Assembly (NCBI GenBank): GCA_013239625.1
Contig: MU053810.1
Coordinates: forward strand, 4,310,071 to 4,374,070
DNA: 64,000 bases
Reading direction: 5' to 3'
DNA from: Lama guanicoe
Taxonomy: Eukaryota
The notes below the pieces were generated by a model. The model saw only the letters and a program-made list of their open reading frames with translations, was not told the origin of the DNA and ran no database searches. Position numbers and translations under genes: made by a program. Within the stretch, counting starts at the first letter, position 1, and the number at the start of each line of letters is the position of its first letter. Below are positions 11,147-26,043 of this stretch, piece after piece.

Positions 11147-14100
11147 CCACATTCCTCTTCTTACACTTCATGCCTTTCCCTGTATAAATTTAATTGTCTC
11201 ACATCAGTATAATTCCATGTAACTGTCCCCCTCAGTGCTTTAGGCTGTTTTTATTTCTTTTACTTTTATATACATTATTAACCTCATCTTGCAGTTACGC
11301 TATTTTTACTTTAACAGGCAGTTGTCTTTTAGAGGAATAATAAGAAACATTATCTGTTATATTGCCCGGGCTATTTTTTGGTTTTTTTGTTATTCATTCC
11401 TCTGGGATGGAAATGAGTTCACCAGTTCTGAGTTCACCTAGTATTCTTTTCCTTCAGCCTTAGGTCTGCAGGCAATGCATTACCATAGCTTTCATTTACC
11501 TTAAATGTATATATTTCACCCTAGTTTTCCGAAGCATATTTTCATTCAAATATAGAATTCTGGGTTGACAGTTTTATTTTTCTTTTAGCACTTTAAATAT
11601 GTTTTTCCATTGTTCTCTGGCCTCTATTGTTCCTGTTGAAAAGTCTGCCATGATTTGTATCATTTTCCCCCATCAATCTTTTTCAGTTTTTTTCCTTATT
11701 GTTGGAACCATCAGTTTTTATACTTTTTAATTAAAAGATTAGTTTATCTCTGAATTCTTATTTGTTTGATTTTTTAATGAAAGCCATATATATTATAAAC
11801 TATATATAAATACATGCTATAAATGCCATGATTTCAACAAACTTTTAATCAAAACATGAAGACAAGATATCCTTATTAAATGCTTTAATGTCTGCTCAGT
11901 TTGAAAATTCCCTTTTAAATGTTGCTTGTCGGGTAGTAATATATGTAGAGTTTTCTTCTATGAGGACATGGGTAACATTTAAACAAACAGTAACTTTTGT
12001 GAGATTTTTCCTTTAGTCTGGTTTCTTCTTACTAATGGAAATAAAATTACCATTACAGTAAGCTGGAAGGCTGCTTCTAGTCCCCAGTGGCATGCTTCAG
12101 AAACCTTGTTGAGTTTTATGCATCTGGTAGAGACAAGTGGATCATCTTTCATAATACGTTCAGTGTCTGCTGGCCTCCGGACTGAGTCTGCTTGTGAACC
12201 TTGGCCTCTCAGTAACAGAAATCAGCCCTTGAATGAAGAGTTATTAATGACATTCATTAAGCATCAATTTCCATTTCCCCCAGGGAGGAGAAATCTCCTA
12301 GATAATTTGCACAGTGTACCTCATTTATTGTGTTAAATGTATTTAAATAATGATGGTTGAGTTTTAAGTTTTATTCAAACTTCACAAAGTTGAGTCATTT
12401 GTTCTGTGTTATAAATAAAAGAAAAGATACCACAGTTAAGAATTTTAATAGAACTGGGGTAAAAAATAAATCTATAACTTAAAATAGGTAATGCTATCAT
12501 CAACTAACCATGACTTGGTGGTTAAAGAAATAGGTGTCCGGTTCCTCCTGGCTGATTTATGGTATTGAAAACACAGCTAGACATTAAAGTCTCTCTGGAA
12601 AAAGAAGAATGATCAAAGGCAAAGAGCCTAATATTCCATTTACAAGATTATTTACAGGATTATTTTTGTTCACTTTCCAAGCTATTTCTCTTTGTTTTGT
12701 TAATTCTCTGATCATCATCTACACTTATCCAATTTACTTTGGAATACATCTTTAGATTTTACCTCAACAAGTAAAAATTTTCTTCTGAACGATTGTGTCA
12801 TCCTTTCATTAACATTCACACTCCACGTACTCTAAGGAGTTCTTGCTATATATTTCTGTCCTCTTCCTTTCCTCACCCTAACCTCACCCCAGAGAAGTCG
12901 TAACCTGATTATAATGTCTTCAGTTCAAGCTGCAGATAGAGATCTTGTCGGTGACATCTACAATGCTGTTTCTTGCTTAGGTACATCATATCTGATTTCA
13001 TTTGGGCCTCTGGCCTATCATACAGTTGGGTAATGTGTAATGATGGTACCTTGTGAAAAATAATTTCTGAAACAAACTCTTATGTTTCAGCAGGTTCTTT
13101 TAGGGGCAGCGTCCTAAAGATTGGGTTAATAATCTCTTGGAGGAAGTCTTGAGTAGCTTAACCTGGATGCCACTTGCTTTCTCTGCAAAAACATCTTTAA
13201 GCTTGAGATGTTTTCCATTTTCAGGTCTATTTTTAAATTCTTGATGTTTTCTGAGACCTGGATCTTTTTTTTTTTTAAAAAAGTTGAATCAAGTGAGAAT
13301 CGACGTTGTACACTGAAGCTTTGATTGAGAGTGGGTGGTGATTCATACATTCTGAAGGTTAGAAATTCTAAGTGGACACTTAGGAATTTTGCTGCTTTGA
13401 GTTGCTGGCTGGCCTCCCTCCATTTCAATGGAAACAGTTGTGGTCCATTTAATACTATAAAGAGACATTCCTACATTTCCTTAATAACATTTTTGGGGGA
13501 AATTAGTGGCAAATTTTTAGATGGTAAGAATATGAACCTTCCTAGATGTTCATGTGGTTAAACTTGTTCATCAGGATCTATTTTAACCACCTCACTGGTA
13601 TAAATAAAGTAATGTAAGCAGCGCTATTCTCTACTAATAGGTCCCATAGATTGAAAATGAGCTTGTCAGCTCACCAAATCAGGCATGTGATCTGGGGGTC
13701 TTCATCAACTTCCTTCATTCTCATCTTATTTATAAGTTAAAATAAAGTTTTTTTTTTGTTTCCTGGGGTTTGTTTGTTTGTTTGTTGCTTCAAATGTTGT
13801 TGCTCCTACTGCAACAGTGGCCCAAATTGGCTGACATGACTAAAATTGTCTTGATGGAAATCCTTGGTTTAATTTTTCCCTTTGTGTATCTACTGGCGGT
13901 CTTTCTGCTCTTGGCTAAAGTCTGAACCATCTCTATGCTTTGTAGCACTCACTGACATAAGAGGATCAGTGGACTCGGGGCTTCAGCTGGTGAATTTCCC
14001 TGATGGCAGCCAGGGCTGAGGGTGGGAGCTGCGAACACTCATGGACTTGATCTTTGCTGACCTCTGAATTATAACAGGACAACGATTTTTAGTTTTATTT

Positions 14101-14599
14101 GACATGACGACAAATCACTGCTCCTTGTGGAATCAAAAGGGTCATTCTTTTCTTAAATAGACCAAAATTTAAAAAAAATTCTACAATGTATTATAAAATT
14201 TTAATATCTAAGAGTAGTCTGACATGACAAGACATTTTATTTAACAGTAAACAATTAAAAAAAAACACTTTTTTAAAGTTTTCTCCTGGATCCTCAGTTT
14301 CCCTTCTTTTGTGAGTAGAATTCTATTTTGGATTAGGCTAATAGTCAAAGTTCAGAAACTGCCAGAGCATCTGTGATATGGCTGTGTTCTCTGATGCCAA
14401 TGCTTAGCTGTTGCTAAGGGAGTATAAGAAAACAGTGGCTACTCATATTTTATTGAGCAGACTGCACATAAATTCTGACTCTAACCAGAAGAACGGGTGC
14501 TTTATTACAACAAAATGACTTTCTAACCTGGAACTTGGTTTCATATATACTCTATCATACTGATCTCAATTCTGACATTCAAACTTTTTGGCTTGGAAA

Positions 14600-15730
14600 A
14601 AAATGTTTATATATTTATAAGTTGTATGCATTATACATGTACAACCTTCAAACTGTATCCAAAACCCAAGTGAAGAACACAGCTATTATCACTGAAGACC
14701 CCTACGTGCTTTCCCATTTCATGTATCACCTTACTTTTTAATGATAGCTTTACCATGAATGCTTGTATCTCTAAGAAATAAATGGTAAATGTGCAGGTGT
14801 TTGAGATCTATAATAATATAATTATACTCTGTTTTCTTCTGCAACCTTCTTTAAAATTTTTTTAAAGTTTTAAATGTAAAATACACTTAAAATAAAATTT
14901 AGTATCTTAACTCTTTTCAAGTGTGCAGATCAGTACTATTAAGTATACTCATATTATTGTGCAACCAATCTCCAAAATATTATCTTGCAAAACTGAAAGT
15001 CTAACCCATTAAACAACAGTTCCTGTTCTCCCGACCCTCAGTTCCTGTCAAGCACCATTCTACTTTCTGTCTCGATGACTGTGTTGGCTACCTCATATGA
15101 GTGGAATCATACATTATTTGCCTTTTTGTGACTGACTTGTTTCACATAACATAATATCCTCAAGTTTTACCAGTGCTGTAGTATGCATTAGAATTTCCTT
15201 CCTTTTTAAGGCTTAATGCATCATTCTTTTGCTCCATATTAAACTCGAGGCCTAAACCATGTTGGTATTTATAGCTATTGTTGTTTAATTTTTACTGCTA
15301 TATATTATTCCACTACATGATCATTCCATAGCTTATTTACCCATTCTGGTTTTTGTGGACTTCCAGTTGTTTCTAGGGTTGGTTGGTTTGCTTATGTTAT
15401 TACCAGTTCCTCTGGAGAGGTCTTGCTCATGGCACCTTGCTTGTGTTTTGCGTACCTGTTCAGGAGATTTTCTGGAGTATAAACCTAGGGATGTGCTGAG
15501 TGATAGAGTATACACATGCCAACTTTACTAGACAATGCCAAATTCATGTCCAAAAGTATTTATACCGATTTATATTTTTGCATGAGAGTTCTTGTTGCTT
15601 CATGTCATTGCCAGTGCTTGATATTGTCAGAATTTTTCATGTCTGCCAATCTGGTGAGCGCTAAGTGATATCTCATCAGGGTTTTATTTTGCATTTCCCT
15701 AATTGCTAACAAAGTTGGGGGATCTTTTGG
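14600..15730 (-). mobile_element. Old L1 3' fragments (two nested or adjacent L1M-type pieces)
   Basis: atcttgcaaaactgaaagtctaacccattaaacaac, ctacctcatatgagtggaatcatac, ttttgcatttccctaattgctaac. Boundaries approximate. Confidence 0.7.
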
Positions 15731-16084
15731 TATGTCTGACTTGAATCTTCAAATCCTTTTTGGACTAACAGTGAAGAAATATAAGTTGAGGGAGAAACAG
15801 AAAACTTTCTCTATATCCAAACTTTAACTCTGTAGCTGTAACTCTGTAATTATTAACTCTGGCAGCTTTTCCCCCTGGTGCAGCAATTTAAATATATAAA
15901 ATGAACACTGCCTTTAAACCCCCTGTTGAATGACTTCTTTCCTTCTAATGCTGCTCACAAGATTTGAATGAAAGAAGGCCCATGGTCTACTAGCCCCACT
16001 ATGAGAAAGCTCAGAGGACCAGAGTCTAACATTTTTGACTGAGAGATGACTGGGAATATGTATGTGTGGGTGTAAAACACATTT

Positions 16085-16344
16085 TTTTTAACAAGAGGAC
16101 AATTATCTTCTTCCTTTTTAAAGTCCCAAACCACTACCCCAACATCCTCTTTTGTTTTTAGCTAAAGATGGTATTTAAAGTGAGGATTTCAGCCACAGGG
16201 GGGAGATATTCAGTTCTCCTGTGTCTCTCCATGTTATTAAACTTTTGTTTGATTTTCTCCTGTTAATCTGTTTCACATCAATTTAATTCTTAGACCAACC
16301 AGAAGAACTTGGAAGGGTAGAGGAAAATTTCTTCCTCCCTTACA
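16085..16344 (+). mobile_element. ERV1-class LTR fragment (MER34/MER39-like 3' end)
   Basis: attaaacttttgtttgattttctcctgttaatctg...gaagggtagaggaaaatttcttcctcccttaca terminal motif. Confidence 0.55.
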
Positions 16345-16754
16345 CTGTATATACTGAAATACTTTTTGTTCCGCCCTTCTCTACCCATGACTAACAGTAG
16401 CCTGGAGAGTTCTACCAAGTGGAAGACTTACTTGTATGAGTCTTTGGTCTGATGCTCAGCCATCATTATGTTTTCAAAGGGCATGCTGAGATAAATGCAA
16501 TGGGTATTTAAGGTATTTTTAACATCGTAAGTATGTATGGCATACACACTGCCTGGAGTGATCAGAAACACAGTGGGTGCTCTGTAGACATTTGGTGATG
16601 GCAATGAAATGCTAAGAATGGGTGACCTTAACAGCAGTGCAGATAATGCTACTGTGTTAGGTATTAGTCATGTGATCTTAGTTTATACCTGCAATAACCA
16701 TAATGAATATTTATAAAGCATGTTATATTTGGCAAAGCTTTTCTTAGATATATT

Positions 16755-17070
16755 TGTCAGGATAGGCTAAGTTCGGCCGTACTTAGAACAATCTCCAAAA
16801 TATTCTTGGTTTAACACAACAAAGGTTCATGTCTCATTCTTGCAAAGTCATCTGTGGGGAGAAGTGGTCCCCTAGACCTTGATCAGGACTGCTTTTGCTT
16901 GAGACACTTCAGTATCAAAGTGTGCTACCAGGGTCACCACAGCAAGCAAAGGGACAAATCATATATTAGCTCTTGACTGCTTCTACCTGGAATTGACATA
17001 TGTCCCTTCTGCTCAGATTTCACTTGATTAAACAAGTCCTGTGGTCCCATCAAGCCTTGAACTGGCAAGT
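16755..17070 (-). mobile_element. Ancient MLT1 (MaLR) LTR fragment
   Basis: tgtcaggataggctaagtt...ggtttaacacaacaaaggttcatgtctcatt pattern. Confidence 0.5.
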
Positions 17071-17077
17071 GCAATCC

Positions 17078-17710
17078 TGTTGTTCCCGAACTGAACTCAG
17101 GTCCCCTCACTGGACACGTGGCAAAGTCAGTCTCCTGACAGCGAGTTGTGGTGAAAGAAAGCCCAGCATTCATTGCAGGGTGTCCAGGAGGAGAACGGGC
17201 AGCTGGAGCTCAAAAGACCCAAACTCCCGATGGCTTTCAGGCAAGGGTTTTAAGAGGCAACATTAGAGGGTGAGGGTCACAGGGTGTGTGATCAGCTGGT
17301 GGACATTCTTCTGGTGGGTTGGCGGTGGGGTAACAGTGTTTCGGGAATCTTAATCATCAGCCTTCTGGTTCCAACCCGCCTGGAGACTACGTGCTTGTGG
17401 TCAGCATGTAGTCACCATCCTCCACCTGGGTGGGGGTCTTGGTTTCCGCAGAACAACTCAAAGATATGCATCAGATTGTTACGTAGATCCCTTGAGGAGG
17501 AATGAGGAGTCCTGTGTCTCTATTTTATCCCTGAACTATTGTGCAATCTACCATGACTTTTCTGGCTTAAGTGCATTTCTTCATTTTGCAGTCCCTCACT
17601 TCTGTAACCATTAACTGTCTGAGTCTGCTCTTTGGAACTTGGGGAGGGCCCCACAAGAAGCAAGGGGAACGGAGGGGGTTGTACTGGGGAGGGCCTCCTG
17701 CTCAGGTCCA
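17078..17710 (-). mobile_element. ERV1 solo LTR (artiodactyl type)
   Basis: TG...CA termini with a near-perfect 4-bp TSD (atcc/gtcc) and LTR-like internal sequence. Confidence 0.7.
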
Positions 17711-20700
17711 GTCCCCCCGCACCCTTTTCTTTGACACTCCTCCATCCTGAGGGGAACAGTGCAGGACAAGAAAGGGAATGAAGATTAATCATAAACTCAG
17801 CAGAGGAATTCAGTTTTAGGGGCACTCAGTTTCACTGTGACCCAGAACGAAATGAAAACATGAAATATTGGTGAACAGAGTAGTCACTCCACCTGCGTTA
17901 TCTAATTTGTCACTGAGTCTGTCAATGAGCTCTATGAGGGTCAAAATTTTAGTACTCTTATTTTTCAGGTGAAAAAAAAGAAAAAAAAAGAACCAGAAAG
18001 GTTGAATAACTTGCCCACGGCCACACAAATAGTAAAAGAGGGGCCAGCCTTTGACCCCACCCCTTGAACTCCAAACCTCTTATTCTTTCCACCCGTCACA
18101 GGGATGAGTTCATTGCTCAGAGTGTGTGTTTAGGAACAGACTTCACTTGACTTGGTTTATTTTGCAGAGTAGTCACCCTCTTGGCAAGCATGTATCTAAA
18201 GTATCAGTGTGCAGCCAGCCATCTGACTCTGAGGGCAGGATGATTGTAATGCTTGTTTTTTTGCTGCTGAGAAAGTTCCCAGGTGGACAGGGGGAAATCT
18301 GCCCAGGACCCTGGGGCACACCCGCTGTCTGCTGAGTGGCCCTAGAGGATCTGAGCAGAGTGAGTTTTTGGAGATTGTCTCTACACACCTCTCCACTTAG
18401 AGACCAGCCCACTATGTGTCCCACCATGACCTGCTCCACACCCACAGCCAACAGCCCGGAGAAAAAGGAAGTTCAGCCATCAGCCGGCTTTCCTTTGGGG
18501 GCCAAAGTGTGGTTTCCACTTTACAGAGGATGACAGTACATCCTTAAAAGGTTCAATCACTTGTCCAAGGTCACAGGGATAAAGGAATGTGGGAGGGGGA
18601 GCCCTGGACTCCACAATCCTCAGAGAAACCTTTTTTGGTTGTATCAGACAGCTTAAAAGGGGCCCCACAGAATGTTTGCTGTGAACTTCTGAGAGTAGAT
18701 AAGAGAAAGAAGGGGCTGTCCAGCACCCATCTGCTGCAAAGAGTCCATTCTTTGGTAAAAGGGAAAAGAGTTAATGACTATGTCATAAATCAGTCTATCA
18801 TTATCATCCCCCAACAAATGTGAAACATTGAACAATACGTGTGAACCATTCCCTCGAAATCCAAGAGTGAGTGTGTCATGGCAGGAAAGAGTGAACATGT
18901 GTACAGACTTGCACACACACACCCCAAACATACAATCAAGACTTTTCTCATGATCTTATGTTCCTAGTCTCTTCATTGCTCAGTCCTTTCTGAGAATAAC
19001 CAGATGTAAAAAGGAATGTACTTAAACAACAAATAAGAAGTAGAGGAAAAAAAAAGATTTTTATAAGTATTAGGGGTTTGGGATTATGTGTGGTTTTAGT
19101 TTTTTGTTTTTTTTTTAATTTGGGGTAAAACTCTAATTAGGGCCAATTTTTATTTTGATTTCTATAAAGTAGTCTTACTACCAAAAATATTTCACAGGCT
19201 CCCCAATTTGCAGTTTCTTATAGATTTGTGTTCGGGAAAATAGTTCTGGATGTATGGCTTAAGAAAGTGGATCATTTCCAAGACCAAGTCCCCAACATGC
19301 ATTTGGTTTCATGATTGCTGTGAAGTCATGTGGAATGTATGGGAACAGTCCATAAGGTCAGACAGGCAAAAAAGCAGTTCTGATTACTGGAGCCCAACAG
19401 GTTGTGGACATCAGAAAACAGAGAAGTCTTGCTGTAGAGCTGATGTGAAATCCACCCCCCCATCCTGGCTCAATTTCTTAGTAACTGATGATCAGACAGA
19501 CCACTGCCACCCACCATGACTGACTGCCTTTACATTTTATGAATGCCTTTTTTTTCTTTTTGAGAATATGTGAAATTTAATGGGCTAAATTCTATCATGG
19601 GAGGAATGTTTATGAGAATAATAACTGCATTCCTCAATGACTCAAATATTTATACACGGAGGTGTTGAGGCCAGTGTATATGAAGTGGTCTGACACAGCT
19701 TAAAAGCTCTTGATGGATTTCTACATATAAATAATTGACATAAAATCTGCGTGGTGTTCTCCCATGTGTATTAAAGCAAATGGCCTGAGGATCAGGGTCG
19801 GACTGCTGCTTTGCTTGTGTTACTCAACAGATAGGCTGAGTCTATTTTCTCTTCTCCCTCCTTGATTTTCTCCTTACTGCCCTCTTCCTTCCTTGTTGTC
19901 TTTCTTCAACAAATAATTATTGAGGGGTAACTACAGGCTTTTCTAGGTGCTAGAGGAACTGCCATGAACAACATATAACTGTCTTCTCCTAGAGGTAACA
20001 TCTGAGAGTAAAGGGGACACATTGCAACAAATAGAGAAAGATCATTTCAGGGAGGGATGAGTGCTGTGTGGTTAATGGGACGGGGCTTGGCAGTGATGCC
20101 AGATTGGGTAGCCAGGGAAGGAGTCTGCATCTGAAATGTGAGCAAGTGACCCTGGGAAGACATGGAAGAGAGAATCTCAGGAGGAGGGAAGAGCTGAAGC
20201 AAACGCAGAAGGCAGAGGGCGGGTTTGGTTCTGAGAGCCTGTGTGGCTGGAGCAATGACAGCAGGTGATGACAGATGCAGGATGAGAAGGTGGCCAGGAC
20301 CCAGATCGCACACTTGGGATTGCCTGCTGCTAAGGAATTCAGATTGAAGAAGCTATTGCTGTATCATTTTGTTTCAGAAGTTTTCCACGGTTTGGGTTTC
20401 ATCTTCTCAGCTATACGTCCTCCAGTTCTGCGGCTAATAATTTCCCCTTCGGAACCGTGGCCCCCTACTCCCTCGAAGGTGGTGACATTACTCTCTCCTC
20501 ATTTTTTCCCACCCCTCTGACTGCTCTCTATGCTCATTCACATACTCTTCCTCAGCAAACCCCTTGGCTCTTGCTGTGCCCAGGTATCACCCTCGACAGT
20601 CCTCTTTCTTTCGACACCCTCTCTGGGTGACTTCTTTTGGACCATGGTTTCTATTATGACTAGTTTCCAGCCCAACCCTGACTTCTCAGCAGAGTGTAGG

Positions 20701-21864
20701 GGCCAGCTGGACATCCAGTGGGAGATGTCCAAACTTTTCAGTGTCAACTTTTCTAATGTCTCCCTTTCCCTGAAGGATGAAACCAAAGTTCCCGAGTGAC
20801 CCTCTATGCTCTGACCATGCTTCATCTTCAACCACGTACCTGTATCTTCCTCCCAAGGCTGTGAGACACCAAGAGGGCAGCTCATACGTTAGTCACCACC
20901 CCACCTTTTCCCCCAAGTGCACTTCACTGAAAAGTTTGTTCCACGTACCTCTGGCCACCAAATGGGTGTCAGGTGGTGCCCTAGGGTCTCAGCACACAGA
21001 GATGAACAGGGACTCCTAGATTCACGGGTGAGACAGGAAGTCAAAGATGAGGATGACTGAGTTTGAGATAACCAATATCCCCTCAGAGAAAATACTAAAA
21101 ATGAAGAATGTACTTAAATTTGTTTAAAGAGCCCATCAAAAAGCTTTTAGGAAGGAAACTGAGTCAAAGCATGATTTGGGAAAAAGAAAGAAGGGACAGA
21201 AAAATGGTTAGTAAATGGAAGTTATGTAGGAGAGGAAAAAGTGGGCAAGTTATTTCTGAACTTCAGGTGAAAATGCCTTCTGAAGGAGCAGGGAAGAGTG
21301 GGGATTTCTAGATAGGAAGGAGACAGATAGGCAGCCAGCCAGGGATGTCTCCATACTTCCTCCACTCGGTTGTGGGCAGTGGCTCCAATGGCCCCATGTT
21401 ACAACCTTCACCAGGGAAAGGAAAGTGATCTCCCTAACTGGGGGAGACCTCCTGTAGATCCAGGCTCTAGATTAAGTAAAAGGAAGTAAAATATGCTCAA
21501 GATGAAAATTGAATCCTGGGTACACAAAACAGAGGTGTGACAAATGACATGGCAGATAAAGACAGCCTGAAGCTGGTCATTTCAGTATGACGATAAGCGT
21601 AAGCTGATCCTTCCACATCACTGCTATGAACAGGCCTGAAGGCTGGTCCATGGTGATGTCTGGCCCCGAGCAGAGTAAAGGGGGCTGGCCATGAGAGAAA
21701 TCAGACAGCTGGTCCAGTCCTGATTAGCAAGATGCTCAAACCTGATGGGTCCACCAGCATGGAGTCGTCAGTGGTGGACTTTGACTCCTCTAAGGAAATA
21801 CTGATCTGTGCTAGTTAGGATTGGAGTCAGTAATGTACATATTAAAGAAAAATTAATTTACATT

Positions 21865-22180
21865 TGTTTTTTTTAATTGAAGTATAGTCAGTTTACAGTG
21901 TTGTGTCAATTTCTGGTGTACAGCACAGTGCTGCAGTCATACATGAATATACACATATTCATTTTCATATTATTTTTCACTGTGAGCTACTACAACATAT
22001 CAAATACAGTTGCCTGTGCTATACTGTATAAACTTGTTTATCTTTTTTTTATATACCAGCCAGTATCTGCAAATCTTGAACTCCCAATTTATCCCTTCTC
22101 ACCCTCTTCCCCCTGGTAACCATAAGTTTATTTTCTATGTCTGTGAGTCTGTTTCTGTTTTATATATAACTTCATTTGTC
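21865..22180 (-). mobile_element. L1 3' end fragment followed by a (TG)n(AG)n microsatellite
   Basis: aattgaagtatagtcagtttacagtgttgtgtcaatttctggtgtacagc...ttctatgtctgtgagtctgtttctg. Confidence 0.8.
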
Positions 22181-22183
22181 TTT

Positions 22184-22214
<31 letters not shown>

Positions 22215-22691
22215 CACTTGTTAAAGACGGTAAAGAAGACTTATTCAAGGGAGATTACCACAATAGGGTTTTGCCATTTGAAGAGAGACCAGGCTGAACT
22301 CCTAATACAATAAAGAAAAGTGGGGATTTGTAGTCAAGGAGCAGGTGGGAGTTGATGGATGGAAAATTACTTACAATAGGTAACCTGTAATTTCAGAGAT
22401 ATGGATGACCATTGCTGGTCCCCAACGCAATTTAGATTCAACCAACACTTAAAGAATATTTACAATGTGAAAGTTGCTGTTGAGTCCTTCCATGTATTAT
22501 TCATTTCATTCATGCAAGTATCCTGTGATGTAGTATCGGTAACCCAGTTACTGGCCTGTGGTTATTTCAAATTAGAACTATTTTCATCATCGACAGGTTT
22601 ATAGTTGCTCCCATTGAAATGCAAACCTTTTCATGTCACCATCACATATAAGAACAATTGCTATAAGAAGCAAAGTTTTTTTTTCTTTTAA

Positions 22692-22692
<1 letters not shown>

Positions 22693-22722
<30 letters not shown>
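22693..22722. repeat. (TG)n microsatellite
   Basis: About 15 TG units, directly visible. Confidence 0.95.
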
Positions 22723-22725
<3 letters not shown>

Positions 22726-25700
22726 GGGTTCTGTTTCTCCGAGTCAACCATTCTCTTCCCCACCCAACTCCCAAATGAAAAATGCGAGTGATAGGTTTGA
22801 GAAGGAAATTTTATTTATGATGGGTGTGGCAAAACTGGACCCACATCACCCAAATATCTTAGCAAGACATTGATGGAGCTGGTCTTGTCTCCCATGGTGC
22901 GGGTCACTGTCCAGGCAGGATATGAGGGATTATCCAGGGAGGGCTGCTGTAAGTGTGCAATGTCTTCGGCTCTTACGTAGAGCTGTGCTTCATGATTGGT
23001 AAGCAACTGGGGTGAGACTCCCTTGGCAATAACCACCTGGCTCAGTGCAGTTCTAAGCTGAGTTGTGACAGCATCAGCTGCAGCAGGTAATGATGCAGGA
23101 GGGGCCCTAATAAACTCTCCCCTCTGCCATTAGAATCATCATGGGAAGCAGCCACGTCCTGGCCACTACCTGGCGTGGTTCCTTGACGTGCATCCCTTCC
23201 TTCCCCTCCCATTTACCTACTCACTGATGCTGTGATGCCATTAACAAAGAATAAAGCCCCCTCACTCCCCAGTTTTGAGGAGAGCTTTAAGGGCAGATAC
23301 CCTTCAGAGAGGTAATGCCTTGACCTAAATTGACACAGAGGTGACGGTTCCCAGTGGATTAGGACTCAGGTTCTGAGTCTTTGGGAGCTTTTGACCGTCT
23401 ACCCTCTGCAACCAGATTTAAATGAGCATTTAACAGAGTCTTTTAGAGAAGGTCTGGGAGCACCAGGAGGAACTGCTTGGCTCTCAGGTAAAATTCAAGA
23501 CAGCCCATAATAAAATAGTCACTTGCCTTTCAGTGTGATTGGAGTGAGGGAATACATGTTCCACTGGAAAGAATTTGAGAAGCAGGTTAAGGGTGACTGA
23601 GATACAGAGCAGGCATGTTGGCCTCAGTAGCAAGAGGAGACTTGGATTGCCAGTGGTCTTAGTGCCACCTCATCGTCCTTCATCAGAACAGTGACACAGT
23701 CACGTCCACTTCAGCCAGTCTGTTAGTGATGTTTTCCTTAAAGTCACTCTCTCCTGAGTTGTTTGTATAGCATCCAACATAGCATGTCCAGCTATGGAGA
23801 AAGCTGAAGCGCCGTGACTTTTCATTCATTTATCCTTAGGAACAAAGGTCACCCCTGGTAACTGTCCTTTCCTAAGACAGCCTCTGAGTTCACAATGACT
23901 TGTGACAGCCAGCCAGCCAGCCTCTTAATGGAGACCTTCCTTTTACGGGGAAGAACTCTCCTGAAAGCCCTGCATTTGCCTCCTTCACTGCAGGGCAGAT
24001 AAAGGAGCTGTCACTCCAAATCATGCCCAGAGAACAGTTATCTTCTCAAGTACAGGAGTTTATGCTGTCAAGGAAGACTAGCAGAGCTGGGCTGTTCTGA
24101 CTTTTTACCCAGTGCTCTTCTGTTCCTAAAAAAAGAAAAAGAAACTTCCCTTTGCTCCACTGTCATCCCTGCCCCCACAATGTGCCTTATAAACTTGCAT
24201 GGTTGTGGGGCTGGAGGTGCTTTTTGGATGAAAGTTGTGGGGGTGAGGAGTGTGGGGGGATGATTTAATTAGAGGACCAGGGGCTGGAATGGAGAGATAA
24301 GTGAGGCAGTGCCCAGTGGCCATTGGCAAGTCCAGGAATGGTGGAGTACGAGGCAGGCTGCCAGGGAAATTGCTGCTTCCAGAACAGCATTGGCACTCTT
24401 AGTTGACATACTCTCCAAGAGAGGGGGAAAAAATCATCCAGATTCTTTAAATAGACCAATAAAAATATTACTTCCTCTATTTCTTTTCTAATTCGGCCTT
24501 TACACACTGGGGAGGCAGACAGTGTGAGGGGGTGGAGGTACCTGCTTCCTGTTCCTTCCATGCATGGTCCTCGCACATGCAAGGCAAGACTGGCCAATCT
24601 GAACTCACGCTTTCAATCCTTCATTCATTTAACTGCCATTCATGATGGCCTCCTCGGAGCCAGCACTTCCTAGATGCTGGGGATGGAGCAGTCAACACCG
24701 ACACCCTCCCTACGTGGTAGAGAGCTGGGCACCACACTAGGCCAGGGATGCTGAGTCAGGAGAGGGGACCCAAACAGTCCAAGGGCTTCAGTAAGACAGG
24801 CTGAAGAGGAGGACACTGGGGCAAAAGTTTGAAGGATAGGTGCGTCTTCGCCAGGCTTCAAGGTAGGGAAGTCCCTTCCAGATGGAAGAAAGCTTCTTAA
24901 TGGCAAGTTGCAGCTTACAATGGGTCTGGCACAAGATGTGACAGTGTAACAGGGACACACCTGAGGCCAGTCACCAGTGCACACACTTCCATCTCTTTCC
25001 TCCACCTTGGTACAAAATCCTGATTTCAGCCCTTACTCAGCCACTGTGGCTTCCTGGGCATTATCAGATGCCACAACAAGTTATCCTCTCTCACACCGTG
25101 TCACCCCAGCCCAGCCTTGGGGACAGTGTGAACACCTGTCAACCCTCTGTGCTTAGGGACCAGAATGAGTCTCCTTTTCAGTCAAACCCATTCAAAAGAA
25201 AAAAAAAAGTTGGGGATGGATAATTGCCTGGTGAGCTGCCTGTTTTGTGATGTTTGACAGCCACCCTGGATCCAACTTAGGTACCATCCAAACTCTCAAC
25301 CTGACGTCGCAGTGAGGCATCTTGCTCAAGTCCTGAATTAATAAATAGATCTCGTGACTCAAACTTACATCTATCTACACTTCAAATCCCCCTTGAGCAT
25401 CACTAGGGAGAAGACAAAGAATTACAGATCAGACCTGAGTCGCTGACACTGAAGGGAAGGCAGGGAAGAGAGGGAGAGTCTCACAAGAGAAAAGAGAAGA
25501 AGCGGAGGGGAGAAGGGAGGAAGAAAAATAAATAGCTGGAAGGGAAGGTGGAAATCAGGAAATCAAAATTGCACAGGAGCTAGAGGGAGTAGGCAAGGCT
25601 GCAGAGAAGTCGTGTAGCAAAGACAAAAGAAGTGGTCCTTGGGCTTGGAAACAGGTGGGTCATAAACTGGGCATAGACTGTTTCAGTGATTGTCGTGAGT

Positions 25701-25859
25701 TGAGGTGCAAAGAGTTTATCTATAAGGAAGAAGGGAGAGAGAAGGTGGGAACTGTTAAAGCCATGGATTTGCGATGGAGGCTTTTTTGTTGTTTGTTTTT
25801 AACATTGTAGAGATTTGGGTTTGTTAACCTGCTATTAGGAACAGAAAAAAAAGATGAGG

Positions 25860-26043
25860 GGAAAACTGGTGAAATCCAAATGAAGTCTGGAGTTGACTGT
25901 AATGTATCAGTGTTGGCCCTTAGTTCTGGTGAATGTCCCATGGTGATGTAAGATGGGTGTAGGATATATGGGGATTCTCTGTACTATTGTTATGACTTTT
26001 CTGGAAATGTGAAAGTATTCCAAAATGATAGGTTTATTTTAAT
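25860..26043 (+). mobile_element. L1MC/MD-type 3' end fragment
   Basis: actggtgaaatccaaatgaagtctggagtt...ggattctctgtactatt...aaagtattccaaaat. Confidence 0.65.

Larger units (their letters stand above)
6540..11680 (-). mobile_element. Old, degenerate L1 (L1M-type) containing the duplications below
   Basis: T-rich antisense L1 motifs such as taactttacaagaaactgccaaattgtttc, cttgccaacacttggtatt, aaatatagaattctgggttgacag. Boundaries approximate. Confidence 0.75.
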